From the NCBI GenBank assembly GCA_963749595.1, contig CAVVNJ010000002.1, forward strand, positions 32,606-96,605: a stretch of DNA of 64,000 nt, given 5' to 3'. The notes beneath the pieces are model-generated. The model was not told where the DNA came from, ran no database searches, and worked only from the letters and a program-made list of their open reading frames with translations. Position numbers and translations under genes: made by a program. Source of the DNA: Candidatus Woesebacteria bacterium. Its GTDB lineage: Bacteria; Patescibacteriota; Microgenomatia; UBA1400; UBA1396. Shown piece by piece: positions 52,724-62,413 of the stretch (its first letter is position 1; every line of letters begins with the position of its first letter).

Positions 52724-54730
52724 ATGGCTGCCCCTGAACAACATCTGGCGCTAGTATTTCTTGGCGATGCCGTGGCGGCGGCTTTGTGGCAATCGGTTGG
52801 TCGTCAACCCACCGTGATCGCCCAGTCGAGCTTTTCTCCTCTGGATAATCTGACCCTGCCGTCAATTAATGCTGCCCTGGATCCCGCCCTGGATCAATTG
52901 GGCGAGGCCGGTTTGTCAGTCAAAGACTGCCTATTTTGCGTGCCCGCAGCCTGGACTGATGAAGCCGGGTTGCGCTCCGACAAAAAAGGCTTACTTAAGT
53001 CGATTACCGATGATTTGGTTCTCAAACCGTTGGGCTTCGTCGTCAACAGCGATGCCCTGGCAGCGGCCGACAAAGAACGAACCGATCAACCTCTATCCGG
53101 CCTAATTGTTTATGCCACCGATCTCAATCTCTCGGCCGACTATTACCAATCCGGGGAACTGCGGCAAAGCGAGGAATTGGGTCGGAGTCAGCCGGAGGCA
53201 GATTGCAAAGAGCTTTTAGCCCGCTTTACGACTAAACCGAAACGTCTGTTATTGATTGAGGGACAGAATCCGACAGATACCACTAAACTGGCCACCGTTC
53301 TCAAGCAGCAAACCGGACTGGAAGCCGAAACAATTCCCCGAACTGAGTTGCTGCGCTCCGTGATCGTCGCTGGCGGCGGCGCCGTCACCAGTGAAATACC
53401 GCTTCCTGAGGCCACACCGGCCCCTAAAACAGAGGAAGAAGCGGCTTTTACCCCGCCTGACTTTCTGATCCACCGGGCTGAGGAAAAACCGGTCGAAGAA
53501 ATTGCTGAGACGACTACCGCCGCGCCCACCAGGCCACGCCTCCCCAAATTTCATTGGCCCAAAATGAAAAAACTAAGTTGGCCTCGCGTAAATCAAGGTC
53601 GTTGGCCGATTTTAGGCGCATTAGGCATCGTCTTACTGCTTCTGGCTGGCGGCTGGTTCTGGCTAAACCGCTCCTACACCGCCGCCGTTACTGTTTTAGT
53701 TAAAACGCAAAAATTCGAAACTGAGGAAACCTTTTTGTTGGCAACCGCTGATGCTCCCGTGGCCTCTGCTTCGGTCAGCGCCTTGCGGGCGACACCGGTC
53801 ACTGAATCAATCACTCTAGATAAAGAGGTTCCTACTACCGGGTCAAAAATCATTGGTGAAAAGGCCAGTGGTACCGTGACAATTTACAACCGGACGAGTC
53901 AGTCGAAAACTTTTTCCGCCGGAACCAAGCTGGTCGCCGGAAAATTAAACTTTATCCTAAATAATGAGATCACCGTGGCCTCAATCTCTGGAGAATACGC
54001 GCCAGGAACAGCCGAAACCTCAGTTAGCGCCGTAGAGATCGGGCCGGGCAGCAACTTGCCCAAGGAAACCGAGTTTCGGATCGCCAACTTTGACGTTTCT
54101 TCTTATGTCGCAAAAAATAAGTCCGCCCTTACCGGTGGCACCAGCCGTGAAATCCAAGCCGTGTCCGGAAAAGATATTGATCAGGCAAAAAAGGATTTGC
54201 TCAGCGCCGCTCAAACCCAACTTACGGAACGTTTTGCTTCCTTAGCCACTGACGAAGAACCGGTGTTATTTACCGGCGTGACAAGAATAATTGAGGAGAA
54301 GTCCTCCGCCAAAATTGGCGACGAAACCAAATTTGTCAACATCACCATTGAAGTCGAGGGAACCGGCGCCAAAATAGTTAAGGATGACGCCGTGACAGCG
54401 GCGCGAAGAATTTTTACCTTGCCAGAGGGATTCACTCTCCAGGAAGAAACCGTTGAGCTTGAGCCGATTGAGGTTCATCCAGAAAAAGACGGTTTGTATT
54501 TGCGTGCCAGATTGCGCGCGCAGGGCATGCCGATGGTCAGCGCCAGCGAAATCGCCCAGACGATTGCCGGTGTTTACGCCCCGCGCGCGCAAACCCAGTT
54601 GGCGGAAAACCCCAAGTTGGCTCAGGCGGAAATTGTTTTGCGTCCAACCTGGGCGGCGACCTTCTTTAATACCGTACCGGCCGATTCCAATCGAATTTCC
54701 ATCAGCATCCGGCTTGAAGGTGCGCCGTGA
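52724..54730 (+). CDS. Large single-pass membrane protein, function unknown
   Basis: 668 aa with one clear TM segment (WPILGALGIVLLLLAGGWFWL) separating an N-terminal cytoplasmic region from a ~340-aa C-terminal region. The stop overlaps the sortase gene start. Confidence 0.6.
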   Translation: MAAPEQHLALVFLGDAVAAALWQSVGRQPTVIAQSSFSPLDNLTLPSINAALDPALDQLGEAGLSVKDCLFCVPAAWTDEAGLRSDKKGLLKSITDDLVLKPLGFVVNSDALAAADKERTDQPLSGLIVYATDLNLSADYYQSGELRQSEELGRSQPEADCKELLARFTTKPKRLLLIEGQNPTDTTKLATVLKQQTGLEAETIPRTELLRSVIVAGGGAVTSEIPLPEATPAPKTEEEAAFTPPDFLIHRAEEKPVEEIAETTTAAPTRPRLPKFHWPKMKKLSWPRVNQGRWPILGALGIVLLLLAGGWFWLNRSYTAAVTVLVKTQKFETEETFLLATADAPVASASVSALRATPVTESITLDKEVPTTGSKIIGEKASGTVTIYNRTSQSKTFSAGTKLVAGKLNFILNNEITVASISGEYAPGTAETSVSAVEIGPGSNLPKETEFRIANFDVSSYVAKNKSALTGGTSREIQAVSGKDIDQAKKDLLSAAQTQLTERFASLATDEEPVLFTGVTRIIEEKSSAKIGDETKFVNITIEVEGTGAKIVKDDAVTAARRIFTLPEGFTLQEETVELEPIEVHPEKDGLYLRARLRAQGMPMVSASEIAQTIAGVYAPRAQTQLAENPKLAQAEIVLRPTWAATFFNTVPADSNRISISIRLEGAP

Positions 54731-55644
54731 TTATTCGCTTCTCCTGGCAGACAACTCCTTCGCCAAAACAAAGTTGGTCGGCCAGCTCCGGCTCGCCCGT
54801 TTTTTCCAAAGAAGAAAGTTTCCGCCAAAAATTATCCAAAGAATTAAATCGAACTTCACTTCGCCGTCAACGCCGAATTCATCTGGCCTCGGCTCAATTC
54901 CGCACTCGCTCCGGCTTATTACGTCTGCTTCCTGGAATTTCGATGACCCTGGGCAGCGTTTTGCTGGCTAATGCTTTTTGGCCGATCCTGTCCTACTTTA
55001 TTTTTGTATCACCGGACCTGCAGCGAGCCAAACTAGTTTCCCCACTTCCAGATGTGGCGGTAGTTCGGCAGACCAGCGTGGCTTCCGCCAAGGCCGCCGG
55101 CCCGGAGGAAATCCGCCCCAAAATTATTCGGGATAATTTGGATTACACCAATCTGTCCAGCTGGTTTCCTCAATCCAGCGGTCAGGTAACCGAACTATCG
55201 GAGTCCAGTGAAGAAAAAGAATATATTCTTTCCATACCGGCGGTAAATATTGAGAATGCTAAGGTGCGCGTGGGCGGCCTTAACTTAGATGAAAACTTGA
55301 TCCAATATCCCGGAACCGCCGACCCCGGCGAGCTGGGGGCGCCGGTAATTTTCGGCCACTCAACCTTGCAGCAATTCTATAACCCCAATGAAAAAAATCC
55401 ACGCCGCTATCTTTCTCTCTTCAGCAAAATAATGTCGCTCAAGCCAGGGGAGAAGATTTTTCTTGACTACGACGGCATTCGCTACACCTATGTCGTACAG
55501 AAAAAAGTCGAAGTTAAACCTGAAGATACCTACATTTTGGAACAAGAATATGCCGCCCGGCAGTTGAAGCTGGTCACTTGCGTACCCAACGGTACTTATC
55601 TACGTCGGGGAATCGTCCTGGCTCAATTAGAGACAAAGCAGTAA
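54727..55644 (+). CDS. Sortase family transpeptidase
   Basis: 305 aa with a TM anchor, VIFGHS (catalytic His), LKLVTCVP (TLxTC-type Cys) and YLRRGIV (Arg). GTG start. Confidence 0.8.
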   Translation: MIIRFSWQTTPSPKQSWSASSGSPVFSKEESFRQKLSKELNRTSLRRQRRIHLASAQFRTRSGLLRLLPGISMTLGSVLLANAFWPILSYFIFVSPDLQRAKLVSPLPDVAVVRQTSVASAKAAGPEEIRPKIIRDNLDYTNLSSWFPQSSGQVTELSESSEEKEYILSIPAVNIENAKVRVGGLNLDENLIQYPGTADPGELGAPVIFGHSTLQQFYNPNEKNPRRYLSLFSKIMSLKPGEKIFLDYDGIRYTYVVQKKVEVKPEDTYILEQEYAARQLKLVTCVPNGTYLRRGIVLAQLETKQ

Positions 55645-55653
55645 TATACTGGT

Positions 55654-56046
55654 ATGCAACGCTTTCTCGGTCTCGATTTCGGCCTGGAAAGGGTCGGTGT
55701 GGCGATTTCCTATGGCTCTCTGGCCGAGCCACTATTGATTCTGCCCAACAACGATCGGCTTCTTGCCAAAATTAAACAGCTCTCTCTTGATCATAATATT
55801 GATTCGATCGTTATCGGCCGTAGCGAGAATGTCATGGCGAAGAAAACCGAGACTTTTGCCAAACAGCTGGCTCAGGTAATTGACTTACCATTAGTGTTCG
55901 AAGACGAAACTCTGTCCTCAAAAGAGGTAGAGCGCCGATTGCGCGAAACTCGTCTGGGTAAAAAACAACATCGCGGTCCGATCGACCACTTTGCGGCGGC
56001 CTTAATTCTACAACGCCACCTGGACGAAAACCTGCCAACCGTGTAA
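55654..56046 (+). CDS. ruvX: Holliday junction resolvase-like / pre-16S rRNA nuclease YqgF
   Basis: 130 aa with FLGLDFGLERVGVAIS and SIVIGRS. Confidence 0.85.
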   Translation: MQRFLGLDFGLERVGVAISYGSLAEPLLILPNNDRLLAKIKQLSLDHNIDSIVIGRSENVMAKKTETFAKQLAQVIDLPLVFEDETLSSKEVERRLRETRLGKKQHRGPIDHFAAALILQRHLDENLPTV

Positions 56047-56055
56047 CCTGAAATC

Positions 56056-57048
56056 GTGAAACTTACTGTCTCGACCCGAAAGTTGATTCTTGGATTGGCA
56101 GCGATAAGCCTAGGTTTTGCCATGGCCGCCGTTGGCATTGGCTGGTGGCTACTGCAGCCGGTGGGTCAGGCCGAAGCGGAGATTACCGTCGTCATCCCCA
56201 CTAATAGCTCGAGTAAAAATATTGCCGCTTTGCTCAGGCAAAAAGGATTGATCCGATCCTCCTGGGCCTTTTTATTTTCCGTCTGGCAACAAGGTCTGCA
56301 GAACCAGCTACAAGCCGGTAGCTTCCGCCTCAAGCCCTCACAAAGTACGCCGGAAATTGCCCAAGCCTTAACCAAAGGGACCAACGATGTTTGGATAACC
56401 ATTAAAGAGGGTTGGCGGGCAGAAGAAATCGGGGCACTGCTCGAAGAATTAATCAATGGTTTTCAACGCGATGATCCAACTTATCAGACCGAGTGCCTAG
56501 CTTATGAAGGCTATCTTTTTCCGGAGACCTACCTTGTCCCAAGACAGTACTCTACAGCCCAGGCTTGCCAATTATTGCGGCAAGAATATGGTCGCAAAGT
56601 TCCCTTCGAATTGAGGGAGGCCATTCATCGCGCGGGCCGGACCGAAGAAGAGGTGATGACTTTGGCCTCAATCGTTCAGCGCGAGGCCAAAAAACCGGCA
56701 GACATGAAGATTGTTGCGGGCATACTGTGGCAGCGCATTAAGTTATCGATGCCGCTGCAAGTTGATGCCACTCTACAGTACGTGCGGGGTTATGATGAGG
56801 TTGAAAATACCTGGTGGCCCCAAGCCAGACCGGAAGATAAAACTCTCCCGTCACCGTACAATACTTACGCCAATGCCGGATTGCCGCCCGGACCGATCAG
56901 TAACCCGGGGCTGGATGCAATTATGGCCGCGATTTATCCGACGGAGACCGAATACCTATATTACCTCTCCAGCACCGAAGACCAAACGATTTACTACGCC
57001 GAAACCTACGATGGTCATCTGAAAAACATCGAACAGTATTTGCAATAA
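56056..57048 (+). CDS. mltG: Endolytic murein transglycosylase MltG (YceG family)
   Basis: 330 aa with an N-terminal TM segment and YceG patterns LASIVQREAK, LQVDATLQY, SPYNTY and GLPPGPISNPG. Confidence 0.9.
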   Translation: MKLTVSTRKLILGLAAISLGFAMAAVGIGWWLLQPVGQAEAEITVVIPTNSSSKNIAALLRQKGLIRSSWAFLFSVWQQGLQNQLQAGSFRLKPSQSTPEIAQALTKGTNDVWITIKEGWRAEEIGALLEELINGFQRDDPTYQTECLAYEGYLFPETYLVPRQYSTAQACQLLRQEYGRKVPFELREAIHRAGRTEEEVMTLASIVQREAKKPADMKIVAGILWQRIKLSMPLQVDATLQYVRGYDEVENTWWPQARPEDKTLPSPYNTYANAGLPPGPISNPGLDAIMAAIYPTETEYLYYLSSTEDQTIYYAETYDGHLKNIEQYLQ

Positions 57049-57165
57049 GACTTTTACAAGACGAGAACCCCGAAACTCCTCTAAATCCATGATCAAGTTG
57101 GTGGCTGGGACAATGTATCTCCGCCGGTACTATCGACTTGACCGTTGGAGGAATATCTATCCTCC

Positions 57166-57583
57166 CAGCAATTTGCCTCCCAAATTACCCCTCAAAGTAT
57201 CCCCAGATAGGTTAGTTTTAGGAGCAGTTTGTGGTTACTCTAAGGACTTTTGGACAGATGTGGTCCACTAGTGGTCCATCTTTGGCCAGAGTGGGCAAAT
57301 AGGGGTCAAGAATGGGCGAATGGATTCCAATTACTTTCGAGCTTGATTAGCATTGGGAGCAACTACTTATCGACTACTACGCAATCAAGTTCATTCTGAC
57401 AGCATCTTTGGTTTTTAAGTAGTCGATTGGTCCCCAAATTACCCCCTGCTTGCCCGGATGGACTCAAACTAACCCAACAGTGAACCCTGCCTGCCCGTAA
57501 GGTCTGATTAATGACCTGTTTAGGGTCACCTTTAGGGGTAATTAGGGGCCTCCGGAGGGGACAGTTTGAGAGGCAAAACGCTG
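57166..57583. other. ORF-poor region with nested long-range inverted repeats: candidate structured ncRNA or MITE-like element
   Basis: The outer arms are 57166-57195 (cagcaatttgcctcccaaattacccctcaa) and the reverse complement of 57554-57583 (cagcgttttgcctctcaaactgtcccctcc). The inner arms are 57432-57445 (ccccaaattacccc) and 57535-57548 (ggggtaattagggg). Direct repeats ccctgcttgcccggatgg and ccctgcctgcccgtaagg lie at 57444 and 57485. Confidence 0.35.
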
Positions 57584-57643
57584 GGGAAATATATTCCCTG
57601 AACTCGTGAAGAGGAATGTGAAAGACCAAAACATTAGCGTCGA

Positions 57644-58273
57644 TTATTTTAGGTGCAACCTAAACCATTTTTCCGCTTCCTGAGAAACTATTTCCAGAGC
57701 GCCCGGTTCTTCGAACAGATGAGTCGCTCCGGGAACAACCATTAATTTTTTCTTTGCCTGGATTTTTTCCATCGCCCGCTTATTCAGCTCGAGCACCACT
57801 AAGTCGTTTCCACCAACAATCAACAGTGTCGGCGCCACTACCCGATCCAAGTCGGCCGCGGCCAGGTCGGGGCGGCCACCGCGAGAAACAACCGCCTGAA
57901 CCAATTTGGGCTGATTGGCCGCCGCGATCAAGGCCGCGGCCGCGCCGGTGCTGGCACCAAAATACCCCAGCGCTAATTGTCCGGTATCAGCCCGACCACG
58001 CATGGCTAAAGTCACTTGCTCCATTCTCCGAGCCAGCAAAGCAATATTAAACCTGGCTTGCGGATTACGATCCTCCTCCTCGGACAGCAAATCGAATAAG
58101 AGGGCCGCCCACCAATGATCCGCCAAATATTCGGCCACCCAGCGATTACGGGAGCTAGCGCGACTACTACCGCTACCATGGGCAAAAATAATTAAACCTC
58201 GTCGCTGATCCGGCCAAAATAAATCGCCGGTCAAGTATTCCCGATCAATGGCCATCGTGACTTTATTGATCAT
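57644..58273 (-). CDS. Dienelactone hydrolase family alpha/beta hydrolase
   Basis: I trimmed ORF 57644..58405 to the ATG at 58273, which overlaps the prs stop (ATGA). Motifs are IIFAHGSGSSR, GYFGASTGAAAAL (nucleophile elbow) and VPGATHLFEEPGAL. Confidence 0.75.
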   Translation of the reverse strand: MINKVTMAIDREYLTGDLFWPDQRRGLIIFAHGSGSSRASSRNRWVAEYLADHWWAALLFDLLSEEEDRNPQARFNIALLARRMEQVTLAMRGRADTGQLALGYFGASTGAAAALIAAANQPKLVQAVVSRGGRPDLAAADLDRVVAPTLLIVGGNDLVVLELNKRAMEKIQAKKKLMVVPGATHLFEEPGALEIVSQEAEKWFRLHLK

Positions 58274-59136
58274 GGACTGAAGTATTCTTTCAAAATTGGT
58301 AAAACTGAATACGTCCGCCAGCGCGGATCGACTGGTTGCGGAGGTAGAGGTCGGGAATCGCTGAACCACATGTGTTCCAACCCAGCCTCCCATATTCTTG
58401 GCCAATCCGGCTGGGAAAAAACGCCATGAACTACCGCCGCCGAAATACTATCCGCCGTGGGTCGTAGCGCGGATAAACACGACAATATCGTTGATCCGGT
58501 ATCGAAAATGTCATCAACAATCAACACTCGACCGCCAACCAGCCCATCGGAATACTTGTGCCTAACGCTTTGCCGATCACGGGTTTTGGTCATCACCAGC
58601 ACCGCCGGATGGTTTGGTAATAAGATTGCCACTTCTCGGGCCAAATTTTCCGCCCCGACATCAGGTGCCACTACCCAATCAAACAGCTGGCTATCGTCCA
58701 AAATTTTCTGAGCCAAAGGACGAGCGCAGGAAAGGGAAATAATCGGCAAAGCCAGAGCATTGCCCGGACCAGAATCAAAACGGATGTTATGAAGCTGCAA
58801 GACAATAATCTCTTTTATCCCGCACGTTTGCCAATAATCGGTGAACCACTGCAATCCCAGACACCGCCCGGGTTCAGGTTTATCTTGGCGGGCATAAGGA
58901 AAATATGGCGTCGCCAAACTCACCAAACCCCCATTGCGAGCCAAAGTATGCGCCAGCAAACCCAAACCAAACCAGTCTTCATAGCTGCTCGTAAAATCGA
59001 ACAAGAGAACACATTCGTCGCCGTCGACCAAATCCGGCAATTCTACATACAGCTCCCCGTTGGCGTATTTTTTCCAGCGCCACTCGACTTGGTAGGGAAA
59101 AGGGAGGTGATCGGATAGACTGATTAACCGCTTCAT
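58270..59136 (-). CDS. prs: Ribose-phosphate pyrophosphokinase (PRPP synthetase) family, divergent
   Basis: 288 aa with PYFPYARQDK (compare PYFGYARQDR), VVAPDVGAENLAREVA, VLIVDDIFDTGSTI and VVHGVFS. Confidence 0.75.
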   Translation of the reverse strand: MKRLISLSDHLPFPYQVEWRWKKYANGELYVELPDLVDGDECVLLFDFTSSYEDWFGLGLLAHTLARNGGLVSLATPYFPYARQDKPEPGRCLGLQWFTDYWQTCGIKEIIVLQLHNIRFDSGPGNALALPIISLSCARPLAQKILDDSQLFDWVVAPDVGAENLAREVAILLPNHPAVLVMTKTRDRQSVRHKYSDGLVGGRVLIVDDIFDTGSTILSCLSALRPTADSISAAVVHGVFSQPDWPRIWEAGLEHMWFSDSRPLPPQPVDPRWRTYSVLPILKEYFSP

Positions 59137-59777
59137 GACCCCTGAACTTCCCGAACCTGCTTCATGATTTGCAGCACACCCTCGTCATCCACCTGTGGGA
59201 AATCATCATAATAGGCGCCGATTGCACCCAAGAAATCTGCGTCTGACTGCAGAACCACCACTTCGTCTGCCAGTTGTTTTAATGCCCAAATCGTATCCGC
59301 CGGCGCCACTGGGGCAGCGGCCACAATTAACGCCGGATCACGGTGGCGCAACTCCTGCAATGCTGCTTTCATGGTTAGCCCGGTAGCAATCCCATCGTCC
59401 ACCACTACCGCCACCGCACCGGTAACGTCAATCGTTCTTCGATCGCCAAGGTAAATTTTCCGCCGCCGTTGGACCTCTAACTGCTCTTGTTCGATTTGTT
59501 GCAAAAACCAACGTTGATCCACGCCGGTCATTGATTGCTCATCTTTGAAGACATGCCCGTCTTCAGCAACGGCGGCGATCGCGAATTCCGGCGAAGAAGG
59601 ATGACCAATTTTTCGGACCAGAATTAAGTCAAGCGGCGCCTGCAAAACAAGCGCCACCGGGGCAGCGGTCACCACTCCTCCTCTGGGCAAAGCAAAAACG
59701 ACACACTTTTGCGCGGAAAAGCGACGCAATTTCTCCGCCAATAACTGTCCGGCTTCTAATCGATTCTTAAATCGCAC
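59133..59777 (-). CDS. Phosphoribosyltransferase-domain protein (COG1926-like predicted PRT)
   Basis: 214 aa with FALPRGGVVTAAPVA, LILVRKIGHPSSPEFAIAAV and the PRPP loop VAVVVDDGIATGLTM. The stop overlaps the prs start. Confidence 0.8.
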   Translation of the reverse strand: MRFKNRLEAGQLLAEKLRRFSAQKCVVFALPRGGVVTAAPVALVLQAPLDLILVRKIGHPSSPEFAIAAVAEDGHVFKDEQSMTGVDQRWFLQQIEQEQLEVQRRRKIYLGDRRTIDVTGAVAVVVDDGIATGLTMKAALQELRHRDPALIVAAAPVAPADTIWALKQLADEVVVLQSDADFLGAIGAYYDDFPQVDDEGVLQIMKQVREVQGS

Positions 59778-59782
59778 TTAGT

Positions 59783-60904
59783 TTAGGATATTAAGTTTTT
59801 ACTCAGCTTGTCAAGCCGGGTGTAGGTCAGAGCGGCCAAAAAAGTGGTGATCGGCACGGCCAGAATCAGTCCGATACTGGCCACTAAAGTGCGCACTATC
59901 TCGTCAGCAATAAACTCGTAGTTGATCACTTCTGCTAGCGGCCGCGGTGAGTCAACAAAGAGTAGTAACAGCGGTAGGGCAGCACCGGCATAAACCAGAA
60001 AGAGGGTATTAATCAGCGAAGCGATATGGTCGCGACCAATCCTCATTGCTCGGGTAAATAACTGCCTCATCGTCAAGTGATCCGCCGCCGCCTTTAACTC
60101 GGCAACAATTCCCGCCTGAGAAACCGTAATATCGTCAAAAATACCCAAGCCACCGATAATGATTCCGGCGAGCAAAAGACCACGGATATCAATTTGTCCC
60201 GGGCGAAAAGCCTGGAGAAAATTGGCCTCTTCTGACGCAAAACCAGTGAGCTTAGTGAGGCTCACAAAAACTTCAGCCAAAATACCGGTCAAAATCAGAG
60301 TTAGAATTGTGCTGACTGCCGCCACGGTAGTTTTTTTATTAAACCCGTGCGAAAGAAAAAAGGTGATTGGCACAATTAATAGAGAAGCAGTAATCGCGGT
60401 GGCCACCGGATCATGACCTTGCGAAATCTGTGGCAAAATGAAGGCAAAAATGATTAGTAGCGTCAAGCCCATCCCCAGTAACGAAGTCACGCCCTGCCAG
60501 CGACCCACCGCCACCGCGACGACAACAAAAAAAATAAGCAATAGTAATAATCCCCCGCGCCGGACATAATCCACGATTTGAAAATATTGGCTACCTTGCT
60601 GATCAACCGTCAGATTCACCACCACTCGATCCCCGACTTGATACTTTGGCAGGTTCGTCACCGGATAAAGCCCATTTTCGATAATCGCTGACTGGCCCCG
60701 AAGCGGACCTTTGACAATCGCCACCGACACTTTCTGATACAGCTGCTCATCTGAACCACCAGCCGGCACAATTTTCTTTTCCTCAAGCACTTCGGTAATC
60801 CGGCCTTCCAACATTTCTTCCCGAATCTCTTGCGCCGCGATTTTTGTCGGCCAAAAAAAAGCGATTAACCAGACTCCGATAAATAGAACAACCCCACGTT
60901 TCAT
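59783..60904 (-). CDS. YibE/F-like polytopic membrane protein
   Basis: 373 aa with a signal/TM segment, a soluble N-domain (EGRITEVLEEKK...VTNLPKYQVGDRVVV) and then about 7 TM segments. The family call is from overall architecture. Confidence 0.5.
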   Translation of the reverse strand: MKRGVVLFIGVWLIAFFWPTKIAAQEIREEMLEGRITEVLEEKKIVPAGGSDEQLYQKVSVAIVKGPLRGQSAIIENGLYPVTNLPKYQVGDRVVVNLTVDQQGSQYFQIVDYVRRGGLLLLLIFFVVVAVAVGRWQGVTSLLGMGLTLLIIFAFILPQISQGHDPVATAITASLLIVPITFFLSHGFNKKTTVAAVSTILTLILTGILAEVFVSLTKLTGFASEEANFLQAFRPGQIDIRGLLLAGIIIGGLGIFDDITVSQAGIVAELKAAADHLTMRQLFTRAMRIGRDHIASLINTLFLVYAGAALPLLLLFVDSPRPLAEVINYEFIADEIVRTLVASIGLILAVPITTFLAALTYTRLDKLSKNLIS

Positions 60905-61695
60905 AATCGGCGGATGGTCGTTAAACCGAAAATCCCCAGCGCGACCAGCACAATGGAAGCGCCCGCCGGCAAGTTGAGATAGTAGGCTGCAAGTAGCCCG
61001 GCCAGTACGGAAATTAGGGCAAAGATAATCGATAAAATCAAGCTTTGCCGGAAACTTTTCGCCACTTGCATGGCAGTAACCGCCGGAATAATCATCAAGG
61101 CACCAATTAGTAAAATGCCGACCACGCGCATCGCCAGAGTAACCGTTACGGCGGTGAGAACAATCAAGACACTATTGATCAAGCCGACACGGATCCCATC
61201 GACTCGGGCGCTTTCCTCATCAAAGGATGAATACAACAACTCGCGGTAGAGCGTCAACACAACCGTGATCACCACCGCGCCCAAACCTAAAATTAACCAC
61301 ACCTCTTCCGGCCGCACCGTAGTAATACTGCCAAACAGATAACTAAACAAGTTGGCGTTAAACCCATTACCCAAGCTGATTAGCAATACGGCCAACGCTA
61401 AACCACCAGGCAGGAACATGGCTAGTACGGCTTCAGCCGGCAATTGACGGCGCGACCGCAACCATTCAATCGATAATGCTGCCAGAGAAGTCACCAGAAT
61501 CGTCACTACCAAGGGCTGTGCCCCCAGCAGCACACCTAAGCCTACCCCAGCCAAAGCAATATGAGCCAAGGTATCAGCCATCAATGACAAGCGGCGAATC
61601 ACTAGAAAATTACCGATTAGAGGGGCAATAATGGCAATCATCACTCCGGCGAGTAACGCTCTAATCATAAAGTCATATTGCAAGATGGCCAACAT
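60901..61695 (-). CDS. Metal (Zn/Mn-type) ABC transporter permease (ZnuB/MntB family)
   Basis: 264-aa polytopic ORF with YDFMIRALLAG and SFDEESARVDGIRV, typical of ABC-3 permeases. Confidence 0.85.
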   Translation of the reverse strand: MLAILQYDFMIRALLAGVMIAIIAPLIGNFLVIRRLSLMADTLAHIALAGVGLGVLLGAQPLVVTILVTSLAALSIEWLRSRRQLPAEAVLAMFLPGGLALAVLLISLGNGFNANLFSYLFGSITTVRPEEVWLILGLGAVVITVVLTLYRELLYSSFDEESARVDGIRVGLINSVLIVLTAVTVTLAMRVVGILLIGALMIIPAVTAMQVAKSFRQSLILSIIFALISVLAGLLAAYYLNLPAGASIVLVALGIFGLTTIRRL

Positions 61696-61697
61696 AT

Positions 61698-62411
61698 TTA
61701 TTCGTGGTGATGTTCGACAAAACGTACGTTTTTACCGTACATCTGCTCGCGCATCTCCGCTGCTACCCCTTTTGGTTCCCCGTGGTAAATCACTTGGCAA
61801 TTCAGACACAGGATGTGCTGCACCTCCTGGGCCACCACATCGATGTCGTGAGAGACCAGGATCAGAGTTAACTGTTTTTCCTGATTTAAGCGCCGAAGCA
61901 GCGCATAGAATTGCGCTTGAGAGGCCGTATCAACACCAACGGTTGGCTCATCGAGAATCAGTAGACGAGGATTCTCCACCAGTGCCCGGGCAATGAATAC
62001 TCGCTGCTGCTGGCCTCCAGACAACTCCGATAGCAGGCGATTCCGTCGGTCATACAAATCAACCGCTTTCAGGGCCTCGCCCGCCGCTTTTTTCGTACCC
62101 GCCAGACCGACTACCTCTTCCACCGTCAGGGGAAATTTGAGTACGGCCGCCCCTGGTTTTTGTGGAACATATCCGATTTTTTTCCAATCACTAAACTTTC
62201 GGACCGGTTGACCGAAAAGCTTAACTTCACCGGTAGTCGGTTTGAGCAAACCCAGCATCAAGCGCAGCAGCGTCGTTTTTCCGCTACCATTAGGACCAAT
62301 AATGCCGATAAAGTCCCCAGCCGGAACGGAAAAAGAAACATGCTCCAAAACTAATTCCCGATCATAACGGAAACTGACATCCTTGAGTGCGATCACCGAT
62401 TCTGAAACCAT
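61698..62411 (-). CDS. Metal ABC transporter ATP-binding protein (ZnuC/MntA family)
   Basis: 237 aa with Walker A GPNGSGKTT, signature LSGGQQQRV and Walker B LLILDEPT. Confidence 0.9.
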   Translation of the reverse strand: MVSESVIALKDVSFRYDRELVLEHVSFSVPAGDFIGIIGPNGSGKTTLLRLMLGLLKPTTGEVKLFGQPVRKFSDWKKIGYVPQKPGAAVLKFPLTVEEVVGLAGTKKAAGEALKAVDLYDRRNRLLSELSGGQQQRVFIARALVENPRLLILDEPTVGVDTASQAQFYALLRRLNQEKQLTLILVSHDIDVVAQEVQHILCLNCQVIYHGEPKGVAAEMREQMYGKNVRFVEHHHE

Positions 62412-62413
62412 GG

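Noticed and set aside
57049-57643. RNase P RNA, SRP RNA or tmRNA in the large non-coding region; ORFs 57089..57271 and 57363..57629
   Set aside because: On neither strand could I find the conserved blocks: GAGGAAAGTCCGGGC or ACAGAACCCGGCTTA for RNase P, the SRP GGAA/AGCA loop context, or a tmRNA T-arm with tag ORF. The two ORFs lack an RBS and have Cys/Arg/Pro-rich, non-protein-like composition.
58274-58405. N-terminal 44 codons of ORF 57644..58405
   Set aside because: They overlap the 3' end of prs in another frame. The internal ATG at 58273 forms an ATGA overlap with the prs stop, like the other junctions in this operon.
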